61,313 bases of DNA from a virus (taxonomy: Duplodnaviria > Caudoviricetes), in IMG/VR virus record IMGVR_UViG_3300005099_000009, positions 1 through 61,313 of that record. The stretch is one strand, 5' to 3'. Below, piece after piece: positions 9,746-18,998 of the stretch. Below the pieces are notes generated by a model that was not told where the DNA came from, ran no database searches, and worked only from the letters and a program-made list of their open reading frames with translations. The position numbers and the translations under genes were made by a program. Position 1 is the stretch's first letter, and each line of letters starts with the position of its first letter.

Positions 9746-10027
9746 TTGGCTTCTAACGCCGAAATCCTGCGCTACCTCCAAGAGGCAATAGAGACGAAGA
9801 TCGAGATCAATACCCGGCACCTGGAGCGGCTGAACGGGGTCTTGGAGAAGCACAGCCGCATCTTGGAGGAGCATGACTCGCGGCTGGGGGAGCATGAGGT
9901 GAAGCTGGCCATGCTGAACCAGGAGCAGAGGCATCACAGCGTGAATTGGGACAGGGTGATAAGCATCTGCGTCGCCATTTTGGAAGGGGTGATCATAGCC
10001 CTGCTCCTGGCTTACTTGAGACTATAG
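9746..10027 (+). CDS. Holin-like protein (coiled coil plus one C-terminal TM)
   Basis: GGAGG SD before TTG; heptads then VISICVAILEGVIIALLLAYL. Confidence 0.5.
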   Translation: MASNAEILRYLQEAIETKIEINTRHLERLNGVLEKHSRILEEHDSRLGEHEVKLAMLNQEQRHHSVNWDRVISICVAILEGVIIALLLAYLRL

Positions 10028-10039
10028 GAGGTGAGCAAG

Positions 10040-11167
10040 ATGGCCGGTGTCTCCTGGACACCGGAAGAGGAGGCCGACTTGAGGGCCACCTTGCCCCCGG
10101 ACGGCTGCCTCACGCAGGCGGCCTACCGGGAGTTCGTGGCCCGCAACCCGGCCCTCAACGCCCGCCGCAGCTATCAGGCCTGGCGGATGAAGGCCAGGGA
10201 GCTCTTGAGCCAGGGCCGGGCCATCGCCCACGCGATGCCCCAATTGAGCTATCCCGATCGGCAGCCTCCGCCCTGGGAGGAGCGGCTGGCGTGGGCGGCG
10301 GAGGCCAAGAAGCAACGGGAGCGGGATGACATCTTCACCTTCTTCGCCACGGCTGAGATCGCCGCCGATTCGCCCGTGGGTGTGCTCTTCACCAGCGATT
10401 GGCAGCTGGGCTACCTCGGCGTGGACTACGAGAGCTGGAGGGCGCACTTGGAGAGGTTCCTCGCCACGCCGAATCTCTATATGCTGCTGAACGGCGACCT
10501 GATACACAACGTGGCCGTGCACCGGACGCTGCGGGCGGCCTTCCAGCAGGTCATGACCCCTGAGCAGCAAATGCTGGCCGTGGCCGACTTGGCGGCGGAG
10601 CTCGTCGAGCGCGGCAAGCTCCTCGCCGTCACCCTCTCGGAGGAGCACGACATGAGGGACGCGCGCCTTACGGGGCATTCCACGCTCATGCAGCTCCTCC
10701 GCGACAAGAAGGTGCCCCTCTTCAACAACCGGGGGTGCCTGGTGCTCAAGGTGGGCGGCTGGCACTACGTCATCTACTGCGTGCACAAGAGCCGATATTA
10801 CTCGTTCCTGAACCAGCTTCATAGCGGGCAGAGGGAGTTCCAGCTGGGCATCCCGGCGAACGTCGTCGTGACTTCGCACACTGACCGGCCCGCTTGGGGG
10901 AAGTATCCCTGGTATCCCGAGCTCCGGCGGCTCTTGGAGTACTTGGGCGAAAGCTTCCCCCTGCCCTTCACGCTGGGGGAGGAGGTCTACCTGGTCCAGA
11001 CCGGGAGCTATGAGGTGGACGCGGAATACGGCGTGAGGCAGTTCGGGCTGCTGCCCAGGCCCAAGCCCATCATCTTGGTCTTCTGGCCCGACCGCTTCAA
11101 GATCGCCGTGGTGGAAAGCTTTGAGGACGCGGAGAGGTATTTGGGGTTGAAATGCGGAGGGGATTGA
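10040..11167 (+). CDS. Calcineurin-like metallophosphoesterase with divergent motifs
   Basis: FTSDWQLG, LNGDLIHN, SEEHD, CVHK, TSHTD align with DxH, GD, GNHE, H, GHTH motifs. Confidence 0.7.
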   Translation: MAGVSWTPEEEADLRATLPPDGCLTQAAYREFVARNPALNARRSYQAWRMKARELLSQGRAIAHAMPQLSYPDRQPPPWEERLAWAAEAKKQRERDDIFTFFATAEIAADSPVGVLFTSDWQLGYLGVDYESWRAHLERFLATPNLYMLLNGDLIHNVAVHRTLRAAFQQVMTPEQQMLAVADLAAELVERGKLLAVTLSEEHDMRDARLTGHSTLMQLLRDKKVPLFNNRGCLVLKVGGWHYVIYCVHKSRYYSFLNQLHSGQREFQLGIPANVVVTSHTDRPAWGKYPWYPELRRLLEYLGESFPLPFTLGEEVYLVQTGSYEVDAEYGVRQFGLLPRPKPIILVFWPDRFKIAVVESFEDAERYLGLKCGGD

Positions 11168-11328
11168 TGCCCAACGACTTGGAAAGCGCCTTGACGAAAA
11201 TCTTAGAGAGGGACCGATGGGGATTGCAATCTGGCCCAATTCGCTGGGAGACGCTCGTGGAGCTGCGCCGCACCTACCGCGACGGCAGGACGAGCTCCGA
11301 GTTCCTTCCCTATAGCTGGCGGGGCTGA
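11167..11328 (+). CDS. Small hypothetical protein (53 aa)
   Basis: GGAGGGG SD, TGATG coupling; MPNDLESALTKILERDRW...; not in ORF track. Confidence 0.45.
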   Translation: MPNDLESALTKILERDRWGLQSGPIRWETLVELRRTYRDGRTSSEFLPYSWRG

Positions 11329-11399
11329 CCCTTGCGGGCCGTCCCGGAGGGCAAGCCGAACGTGGCGCGGGCGAGAATCATTAGATAGGAATGAAAGAA

Positions 11400-11448
11400 G
11401 GCGGGCGAAAGCACAACCGGGAAAAATTTTCCGGTTCTTGGCCCGTCT
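11400..11448. terminator. Hairpin between convergent transcription units
   Basis: AACCGGgAAAA-A-TTTTCCGGTT stem inside GGCGGGC/GCCCGTC. Confidence 0.45.
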
Positions 11449-11451
11449 GAG

Positions 11452-11835
11452 TTATGTCGAGCGGCGCCTGCGCTTGCGCCGCCGCCAGCGGAGGTACTCG
11501 GCGTAGTCGCGGACGGCTTCGAGCTCCGCGTCGTCCATGGTGACGATGAGCTCCATCACCTCGGAGTAGAGCCTGTCCGTCTGCGGGGGCCGCTTGAGGT
11601 AGCCCGCCAGCTCCAGCACCCTGGTGAGCGGGGTGTCGGCCCAATCTGCGATGGCGACCAACGTCGCTAAATCCGGCTCGTGGCGTCGGCGGGCGATGTT
11701 GGAGATGGTGCCGGTCGAGATGCCCATCTCCAAGCAGGCCTCCGTCAGGCTGATTCCCCGCTCCAAGCAGCGCTGCTGGACGAAGACGGCCAAGGGGTGG
11801 GGGTTGTCTATGTAAAATCTGCAGCGTGCGCGCAA
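11452..11835 (-). CDS. XRE-family HTH repressor
   Basis: RGISLTEACLEMGISTGTISNI...EPDLATLVAIAD; AGGAGG SD. Confidence 0.85.
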   Translation of the reverse strand: MRARCRFYIDNPHPLAVFVQQRCLERGISLTEACLEMGISTGTISNIARRRHEPDLATLVAIADWADTPLTRVLELAGYLKRPPQTDRLYSEVMELIVTMDDAELEAVRDYAEYLRWRRRKRRRRST

Positions 11836-11977
11836 GGTAACTTCCTCCTAATGTTAAAATTGCGTGGATTTACAAAACGTGAGCGTAACCAATAGCGCTT
11901 CTGTCACGTTATAATAGTAAGAAACGTTAAACGGAGGTAGGGGAAGTTGAAGCGCCTGCGGAAAGCGGCCCGGCGTC

Positions 11978-12388
11978 TTAGCCTTCGCCAGCTCCGAGCC
12001 CTGGTGGTGTTCTTCGAGTCGCTGGCTGCGTGGCTAACGCCTCGATCAAGCTAGCTGCTACGTCCCGCAAATTCGGCGGCAACTTCTTGAGCGCTGCCTC
12101 TAATCTGTGGAGCAAAAGCTCAAATTCCTCGTCTGCCCCGCGTTGCGGAGCGAGGCCGCATAGGGCCAGCATGTACTCGTAGTCGCCGTCCAGCGCCTCG
12201 GCGAGCTTCTTGAGCGTGGTGGCCTTAGGCAACGGCTGGCGCATCTGCCTGAGCTTGGGCAGGTAGGTGCGGTGCAGCCCCGCCGCTATGCTAGCTTGCG
12301 ACTAACTCATGCCTTTCGCCTTCCTGAGCCTGTCAAGGTACTCGATCAGAGTCTCGCCCGGCTGCGCGGCTATGCCCTTTTTCGCCAT
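11978..12388 (-). pseudogene. XRE-family repressor with in-frame TAG at codon 29
   Basis: AGGAGG SD then ATG at 12388; MAKKG...RKAKGMS*SQASIAAGLHRTYL...PKATTLKKLAEAL; stop at 12302-12304. Confidence 0.8.
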
Positions 12389-12438
12389 TCTACCTCCTCA
12401 ATTTCCTCTTACACTTGCTCCGTTTCTATGTCAGCCCC

Positions 12439-12467
12439 ATTATACCCCAAAATTGCTCAAAAGTCCA
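12439..12467 (-). promoter_or_regulatory. Leftward sigma70-type promoter for repressors
   Basis: TGGACT-17 bp-TATAAT on minus strand. Confidence 0.6.
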
Positions 12468-12526
12468 GCCCTTGGTAGTTTACAATAAATTACCTTAAAA
12501 TTTTGTAAAATTGAAGAAAAAAACCC

Positions 12527-12555
12527 TTGACAAAACGAAGTTTTTCATGTATAAT
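12527..12555 (+). promoter_or_regulatory. Rightward consensus sigma70 early promoter
   Basis: TTGACA-17 bp-TATAAT with A/T-rich upstream element. Confidence 0.9.
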
Positions 12556-12711
12556 ATAGGCGAAAAATCTCTCAGGTCGCTCCTTGTTCCCATTTTTCTC
12601 GCAAAACTGCTAAGCAACTTATTCAACACATTGAGCCAAGGGCTCTTAGGACAGGGAGCGGAAGGCGGAAAAGAAGATACATAGTGCGAAGTTGAGAGGG
12701 TTTTTAGGCCA

Positions 12712-13080
12712 ATGACAGAAAAAGCGCTAAATAAAGCAAATCAGTCCCAGAACCCACAAGAAGCGGAGGGCGCTTTTAGAATTAAATCGCGTCCCCGGCG
12801 GGATAACTCCAAGTTGGTCGAGCTCCACGTAGAAGGAAAGTGGCGGCGAAGCAAGTGGTACGATCGGTTCTGTTTCCATTGCGACCGCGAGCGCAGCAGG
12901 GCCGTGGAGCTTGAGTGGTGGGGCAAGATGACCCGCTGGGGGCGCGTTGAGTTTTGGGCGCGGTGCCCTGAGTGCGGATGGCGGAGCCAGCCTTATTGCG
13001 TGGGCTGGCGGCCGCCCAAGCCAGGGACCATCAATCAATGGGGGCACGTACAAGGCGTGAAGCCGCGCCTTGCTTGTTGA
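12712..13080 (+). CDS. Zn-ribbon hypothetical protein
   Basis: CFHC and CPEC pairs; first ORF after early promoter. Confidence 0.55.
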   Translation: MTEKALNKANQSQNPQEAEGAFRIKSRPRRDNSKLVELHVEGKWRRSKWYDRFCFHCDRERSRAVELEWWGKMTRWGRVEFWARCPECGWRSQPYCVGWRPPKPGTINQWGHVQGVKPRLAC

Positions 13081-13364
13081 TTATAACACTCAATACCAAG
13101 ATCGGCAAGAAAAAGGACAGCAAGACGATGAGAAAGTGCGCAGCCGTAAACTGTAACAAAGCAAGATATGTATTGTGGCAGCCCAGTCTTGGCCCTAAAG
13201 CGCTATACCGACCAGGCTATCATATCCGGGGCTTTGGCGCTATCCCTTTATGCAAAGAGCACGCCGAAATCGTGCGAAAAGGGTTACCTGTTGATTTTCA
13301 AGTACGGTGGAAAGGCGCTGTATGGAGCGCCAAAAGCTTAATTGCATAGAAAGGAGGCGCTGGG

Positions 13365-13712
13365 ATGAAACGTGCGGATCGTATTAACATTGATTTCGAT
13401 TTGCGGGCGATGGGCGTGCCGGATGTGCCCCAGATCGTGGTTGGAATGCCTTATAGATGGCCTTACAACGCTGGGCCTTACGGCATCTATCACCAGGAAT
13501 ATGTCCCGCTAGCAAAGATTCCCGGTACACAACTTTTCATTTCTTGGTTTTGCGGTTTCGTGGAGCCTTGCCCGCACCGCAGCCATTATGGTTTCGTGAA
13601 GCCGACCCAAGCAGATTTCGAGAAGGCTGCAGAGGTTGTCGAACAGCTGGCATCGCAGGATCCCATGATGTGGCAAGGCATAGTCCGTAAGGCTTTCAGC
13701 GAGGAGGCTTAA
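13365..13712 (+). CDS. Hypothetical protein
   Basis: AAAGGAGG SD. Confidence 0.65.
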   Translation: MKRADRINIDFDLRAMGVPDVPQIVVGMPYRWPYNAGPYGIYHQEYVPLAKIPGTQLFISWFCGFVEPCPHRSHYGFVKPTQADFEKAAEVVEQLASQDPMMWQGIVRKAFSEEA

Positions 13713-14642
13713 ATGGTTATCACAAGACAGCTTCCAAAGGCCGAGGGCGTGGGCCTCAAGTTCTTGCACCCTTCAGGCTGCACCTATTTCGAAGGCAAGC
13801 CGTTCGCTTACTTATTGCCCGCGCCCGGCGAGAAGTGGGGGCCCTGGTTCGAGCACCCGGAGCCTGCCGAACCGGACGGGAAGCCCTGCGGCCCTGGCCG
13901 GTTCCACATCATGCTTAAGCTGGATTCGCATTTCGCGTCGCTTAATTGGTGGCCCTGGTGGGTCCAATGGGCGGGCCGGATCGGGGGCGACGAGCTTAAG
14001 GTGGGGGTACGCTGGGTCAGGTTGCGGCGGATCAGTTTACCAGCGTTCTGTCGCGCCCTGCGGCCCCCATTCAATTGGGGGAGAGGCGCATTCCTTTCTG
14101 GCCTGAATCTGCCTTATGGCGACTTGCGCGATGCCGATTTTGGCCAGGCCACCTTGCGGCGCGCCGATTTGCGTTACGCCGATCTCAGAGGAGCCAATTT
14201 ATGTAAGGCGGACCTCCAACAGGCCAACCTTGAGGGTGCCCGCTTAGAGAGCGTCCGCGCCAGCCAAGCCCAATTCGCGCAGGCGCACTTGGTGGGCGCC
14301 TTGTTACGAGAAGCCGATCTGGAGGGTGCCCATTTGCGCGGCGCCGATCTGGCGGAGGCCCAATTGGCTAGGGCGCGGCTTCAGGACGCCGACTTGGTCG
14401 GGGCCAATCTCATTTTCGCTTACCTGGTCCAAGCCGACCTGCGGAGGAGCGACCTTCGCGGGGCCCGTTTCGCGGAAGCCAACTTAAGCGAGGCCAATCT
14501 TTGGGGAGCCGACCTGCGGGGCGCCGACCTCCGCAAGGCGTATCTGGACGGCGCTGACCTGAGATGGGCCGACCTCAGAGGAGCCAATCTGCAAGGGGCC
14601 TCTCTAAGCAAAGCCAAGCTTGAAGGGGCAAGACTGCCGTAA
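13713..14642 (+). CDS. Pentapeptide repeat protein
   Basis: C-terminal ~185 aa of A(D/N)Lxx repeats. Confidence 0.92.
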   Translation: MVITRQLPKAEGVGLKFLHPSGCTYFEGKPFAYLLPAPGEKWGPWFEHPEPAEPDGKPCGPGRFHIMLKLDSHFASLNWWPWWVQWAGRIGGDELKVGVRWVRLRRISLPAFCRALRPPFNWGRGAFLSGLNLPYGDLRDADFGQATLRRADLRYADLRGANLCKADLQQANLEGARLESVRASQAQFAQAHLVGALLREADLEGAHLRGADLAEAQLARARLQDADLVGANLIFAYLVQADLRRSDLRGARFAEANLSEANLWGADLRGADLRKAYLDGADLRWADLRGANLQGASLSKAKLEGARLP

Positions 14643-14652
14643 GGAGGACAAG

Positions 14653-15000
14653 ATGGGCTTTCGCGAAGAATGCGCAGAAGGATTGCAAGCCGCGCTTGAC
14701 CGCACGGCAGAGATCGTCCAGGCATTGGCCCAAGACCCTGGTGAGGCGAAGATCAACGAGTGGCTGGAGGCGTACGATCCGCGCGGCGACTGGAAAGCCC
14801 TGTGCACAGGGATGTCCTATATTCACGGTCTCGTGACCGCCCGTTATCTAGGTCCTCTCCGCGCGGTGGAGTTCTTGCTGCTCCTGGCCCAAGCGCTTTG
14901 GATCCGGGGCTTCTTGGCGGGCGTGCAGGAAGGCCGACGCCAAGCGAAGGCCGAGCTGCTGACCCGCCGATGGGAGGTGCAAGATGTATCATCCGAATGA
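14653..15000 (+). CDS. Hypothetical protein
   Basis: AAGGAGG SD. Confidence 0.6.
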   Translation: MGFREECAEGLQAALDRTAEIVQALAQDPGEAKINEWLEAYDPRGDWKALCTGMSYIHGLVTARYLGPLRAVEFLLLLAQALWIRGFLAGVQEGRRQAKAELLTRRWEVQDVSSE

Positions 15001-16381
15001 TTTCCGGGCAGTCTTGGAAAAGCTCGCGCAGCCCTTCCCCGCCGAGGTCATCGAGTGGAGGCCGGGGCAGGTGAAGGGCAACCGCGCCCAAGCTCTACCT
15101 TACGTGGACAGCCGCGTCTACATGGACCGCTTGGACGAGGCAGCGCCCGGTTGGCTCGACGATTACTCCCTCCATATCACCGATGGGAAGCTTATCGTCG
15201 TCTGCGAGCTGGAGGTGGCCGGTGTCCGTCGCTGCGATCTGGGCGAGGCCAGGCTAGACGACGAGAACGCGGCCACCAAAGCGGCGGCCCAAGCGTTCAA
15301 GCGTGCCTGCGCGAAATTCGGCTTGGGGCGGGGGCTCTACGAGTGGCCGCGGATTTGGGCGGACTACGACCCGCAGCGCAAGACCTTCACGCCTGAAGCG
15401 TGGAAGCTGCTGCGCAGCAAAGCCGTCGAGTTTACAAGGGGCAAAGCCGCCACCACTGCGTCTTCCGTGGAAACTAAGCCGGACCATTCAGAAACACAGC
15501 AGCCCCCTCGGCCTTCGCGGGCTCCGCAACCCGACTACACCGCCTTCTGGCGGGAAGTGAGGAAGCGCGGCCTGACTGCGGAGCAGGTCAAGAAGGAGTT
15601 GGGCGCCACTCCGAAAGAGTGGCTGGCCGCGCACCCCGGCAGCACCCTGGACGATGCGCTCGCCATCGTCTTGGCGAGCCAAGAAAGCCAAGCGGGGGCG
15701 GAAGCGGAGGCCGCGACCCCGCTAGATGCCCTGGAGCAGAGCCAAACGGGCCAAGGCGCTTCCCCAGAGGCCTCTCGTCCCGACCTTTTGGCGACGGTCA
15801 AGCGGCCTACCGACCCGCAAACTCTGAAGCGCTGCCTCCAAGGGCTGGCAATGTTCTACCTCCGGCCCGGCAAGAACGGAGGCCGGGGGCTGAAGGGCCC
15901 CGCCACGCCGAAGCAGATCGGCCTCGTCGCGGGGCTGCTTAACGGGGCCCTGAAGGAGTGGGACGACCCCGACGAAGCGCGACACCAAGTCCTGCAGCAC
16001 TTAGTGGACAAGCCTTCTGCTAAGGCCCTGACCAAATACGAGGCCGCCGCCCTGCTCGACTGGCTGACGGGCGGGGAGGGCAGCGAGCTGGACTCCCTCG
16101 CCGCGACGGAGGCCCGCGCCGTCGCGAAGGCGGTTGCCGGGAGCGAGAAGGAGGCTGAGGAGCCGACAGGCGGGGACGGCGACGGTGACCCGTTCGCCAA
16201 CGCGGAGAGCTTCCGAGCGCTCGTTCGGAGGTCCTTCGGGGACGAGCGGGCGTTCTTGCAAGCCGCGGGGCGTTCCCAGTGGACCTTGGAAAAATACTTT
16301 GAGCACTATGGGCCGGTAGGCTGCGCCAGCAATTTCGCCACAATCCTGGCCCGACAAGTGGCAGAAAAGAGAAAAGCTTAA
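14984..16381 (+). CDS. Rad52/Rad22-like (Sak) single-strand annealing protein with long C-terminal extension
   Basis: L.QPFP...IEWR, YVDSR.YMDRLD, AFKRACAKFGLGRGLY. Confidence 0.85.
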   Translation: MYHPNDFRAVLEKLAQPFPAEVIEWRPGQVKGNRAQALPYVDSRVYMDRLDEAAPGWLDDYSLHITDGKLIVVCELEVAGVRRCDLGEARLDDENAATKAAAQAFKRACAKFGLGRGLYEWPRIWADYDPQRKTFTPEAWKLLRSKAVEFTRGKAATTASSVETKPDHSETQQPPRPSRAPQPDYTAFWREVRKRGLTAEQVKKELGATPKEWLAAHPGSTLDDALAIVLASQESQAGAEAEAATPLDALEQSQTGQGASPEASRPDLLATVKRPTDPQTLKRCLQGLAMFYLRPGKNGGRGLKGPATPKQIGLVAGLLNGALKEWDDPDEARHQVLQHLVDKPSAKALTKYEAAALLDWLTGGEGSELDSLAATEARAVAKAVAGSEKEAEEPTGGDGDGDPFANAESFRALVRRSFGDERAFLQAAGRSQWTLEKYFEHYGPVGCASNFATILARQVAEKRKA

Positions 16382-16503
16382 ATGCCCAAGGAGCTATTGG
16401 AGAATCTCTGCCCCGTTCGTGACGCAATTATTAAGGCGGCCAAGAATCCTAGGCTATTGGCTAGGCGGCGGGGCGGAGACTATCAAGCTGCAGGAGAGCA
16501 CTC

Positions 16504-16632
16504 ATGTGGGCTTGGATCATCTTGATTGTAGGGTTATTCTTCGCGGCCTTGCAGGGCCAATGGTGGCTGGCAGCCGTCTGTATCGCAGCGGCTTTTGCCT
16601 TGGCTTGTAATAGTTCAGACACAAAGCGCTAG
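16504..16632 (+). CDS. Small membrane protein (42 aa)
   Basis: AGGAGAG SD; MWAWIILIVGLFFAALQGQWWLAAVCIAAAFALAC; not in ORF track. Confidence 0.45.
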   Translation: MWAWIILIVGLFFAALQGQWWLAAVCIAAAFALACNSSDTKR

Positions 16633-16650
16633 CCTAGAAAGGAGGCAACT

Positions 16651-17568
16651 ATGCTTCCCGACCTGAAGGGCTTGAGCGGGCCGGAGAAAGAAGCCTGCTT
16701 GGAATATTTCAAGGCCATGCAGAAGGCGATCAATCTCGCGCCGCTGCCCTGTTCGGAAGCGACGCTAAACTCCAAGCCGCGTGGCTGGAAGGCCATACAG
16801 AAAGCCAAAGCCCGATGGCTTCTGGCGCGCGGCTGGGAGTGGCTAGGAGAAGGCGAGCCCGAATTTGGGAAAGGCATGTTTGGACACGGAGATAGCTGCT
16901 ACGATACACGGGAATCTTATAAACCTTCTTATGTCCGAGTGATGGTTATTCCCCCTGAGATGGCCGCCGACTTTCAAGAGCTGAACCGGCGCGTGCTGCC
17001 CGCGCTAGAGTTGGGAAGCATCAAGAAGCCGTCTCTATTTAAGAGGGAATGGCCGCAAGGCGTCAAGCCTCGCCCAAAGAGGGAGCTGAAGGAGTGGATC
17101 GAGCGCTTCTCCCGCGAACCGGGAGACAAGAGGCCTGTGCGCTTCGCGGGCGAGACTGATGAAGTCTATAGGCTACGCTGCCGATTTGCCGAGTTTAGCG
17201 TCTATTGGCTTGCTGGCGAATTGGAGGATTGGCTGCATTTGGGCGAGGAACTCAAGGCGGCATATGCAGCCTATCGGAACCGGCTTCGCGACTTAAGCTT
17301 TTGGGAGAAACGCCTTGAAATGGCCGCGAGCGCTGAGGACCGCGATGAGGTATTAAACTGGATGCGTTGCGTCAAGCAAGACCTTGAGGAGCTTTGGCAT
17401 CGAATCCAAGAGTTACGCGAAGAGCGGAGGGCGCTTTTCGGGCGGGCAAAGACCCGTAAGAGGGAAGAGCTGCCGGGAGGGAAGCTGTCCGAGTTCAGGC
17501 CAGTCACCTTGCCGAAGGCAACTTGGCCCAAGCGCTGGACGGCGCAGCAGATGGCGTTCGCTTTATAG
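16651..17568 (+). CDS. Hypothetical protein with coiled coil
   Basis: AAAGGAGG SD; 305 aa. Confidence 0.65.
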   Translation: MLPDLKGLSGPEKEACLEYFKAMQKAINLAPLPCSEATLNSKPRGWKAIQKAKARWLLARGWEWLGEGEPEFGKGMFGHGDSCYDTRESYKPSYVRVMVIPPEMAADFQELNRRVLPALELGSIKKPSLFKREWPQGVKPRPKRELKEWIERFSREPGDKRPVRFAGETDEVYRLRCRFAEFSVYWLAGELEDWLHLGEELKAAYAAYRNRLRDLSFWEKRLEMAASAEDRDEVLNWMRCVKQDLEELWHRIQELREERRALFGRAKTRKREELPGGKLSEFRPVTLPKATWPKRWTAQQMAFAL

Positions 17569-17577
17569 GAGGTTAGC

Positions 17578-18120
17578 ATGGGTTGGGCAAACCTCGACGA
17601 GGCGCTGGCGGATTTGGCCGAGGCCACAGGGACGATGCGACACGACCTTTGGCGCATCGCCGACCTCTGCCGCAATATCATAGACGATTTCGGGGCTTAC
17701 GGCACTTACAAGGCGATGGCAGGCGTGACGGGCTACACCACCCGCCGCCTACGCACCTTCGTGAAGGTGGCGCGGGCCTTCCCGGAGGAGTGGCGCTTTC
17801 CCGATGTGCCATTCCATCTCTACGAGGTGGCATCGGAGACCGAGCGGCCCAGGGAGTGGTTGAGGTTGGCCTTGGATAGCGGCTGGTCGGCCCGCGAGTT
17901 GGCCGACGCCATCGCCGAAAGCCAGGGCAAGCGCCTCAGCCCGGTCAAGCTCTTCGACGGGGAAGCGACGCTCATTGCCCACGACTCGGTGTGGACGGTG
18001 ACGATCGCGGCGGGCCGCGACTGGCCCGACGGGGACGGTGAATGGCCGGTGCACGTAATTTTGAAACGGATTTTAAAGCCGGAGGACCGCGAAGGTACGA
18101 AAGGAGGCAGGTGTAAATGA
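17578..18120 (+). CDS. LmbU/DUF1016-like DNA-binding protein
   Basis: WRIAD...YG.Y...TG....L....VARAF....R...WL..A...WS.REL pattern; AGGAGG SD. Confidence 0.55.
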   Translation: MGWANLDEALADLAEATGTMRHDLWRIADLCRNIIDDFGAYGTYKAMAGVTGYTTRRLRTFVKVARAFPEEWRFPDVPFHLYEVASETERPREWLRLALDSGWSARELADAIAESQGKRLSPVKLFDGEATLIAHDSVWTVTIAAGRDWPDGDGEWPVHVILKRILKPEDREGTKGGRCK

Positions 18121-18638
18121 GCACGCGGGCGTTTGTCTTGATAGGAGCTCTTCTCGGCGCTATGACGTGTATTATCGGCACCACGACGGGTACCCGACGG
18201 GGCTTGGCGTGGGGAATAATCAAGGTGCTCAAAGCTGGGGCCAGAACGCCGGGCAAGATAGCCGAGCATTTGGACCTAGAAGATTATCGCAGAGTAGTTT
18301 CGACAATCGAAGAGGCTTTCCCCTCGATCCAAGCCGACATTGAGTGGATATATAAGATAGATATCGAGGGTGATACGAAATTCACACAATTAACGATTTA
18401 CAGAACCAGCGTACCAAAGCGCATGCCAGCCTTACTTTTTAAGGTTTGGGGCTCCTATGCACATTACTTCCCGCCAGACATTGAAACCATCCGCAAATGC
18501 TTAGAGCAAGGCCATCTCCCTGATTCCTATGACCTTTTCTTCTTGCCAAATGTCGAAACCGAAATGTATATCGTGGAGCGAATTGCCGGTATTGTTCTTA
18601 ATGCCTTAACAGCTTTCTTTAATAATCCTTGGATTTAG
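18117..18638 (+). CDS. Hypothetical protein (lower GC)
   Basis: ATGA overlap; AGGAGG upstream. Confidence 0.5.
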   Translation: MSTRAFVLIGALLGAMTCIIGTTTGTRRGLAWGIIKVLKAGARTPGKIAEHLDLEDYRRVVSTIEEAFPSIQADIEWIYKIDIEGDTKFTQLTIYRTSVPKRMPALLFKVWGSYAHYFPPDIETIRKCLEQGHLPDSYDLFFLPNVETEMYIVERIAGIVLNALTAFFNNPWI

Positions 18639-18675
18639 ACATCACTTCTGATATAAATTTAATTGAGAGAAGCTT

Positions 18676-18894
18676 ATGGCACGCAAACACCCGCACAGTC
18701 ACGCGACGCCGGACTGGGAGCGTCACAAAGAAAAAGAAACGGCAAAGCGGCGGCGCCGCAATAAGGAGCGTCGGTCGCTACTGCAGAAGCTGAGGCGGCT
18801 GGGCAAGCGCCCAAGGTCTCCCAGCAAGAAGCACCGCACGCGGCGCCACCACCGCAACCGCCGCAGCCGCTTCAGCATTCTGGGCTGGAGGTAA
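18676..18894 (+). CDS. Highly basic Arg/Lys-rich peptide
   Basis: KRRRRNKERR, KKHRTRRHHRNRRSR. Confidence 0.55.
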   Translation: MARKHPHSHATPDWERHKEKETAKRRRRNKERRSLLQKLRRLGKRPRSPSKKHRTRRHHRNRRSRFSILGWR

Positions 18895-18899
18895 GGTCA

Positions 18900-18998
18900 A
18901 TGGCGAAAGGCAGCGCTGCGAAGCCCAATCCCAAAGCGGGCAAGCCGGGCGGCCCACCCAAGCGCTGGTCCCCGCCCGGCAGGAGGGGCAAGGCATGA
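18900..18998 (+). CDS. Small basic Pro/Gly/Lys peptide (32 aa)
   Basis: GGAGG SD; MAKGSAAKPNPKAGKPGGPPKRWSPPGRRGKA; ATGA overlap with next gene. Confidence 0.45.
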   Translation: MAKGSAAKPNPKAGKPGGPPKRWSPPGRRGKA

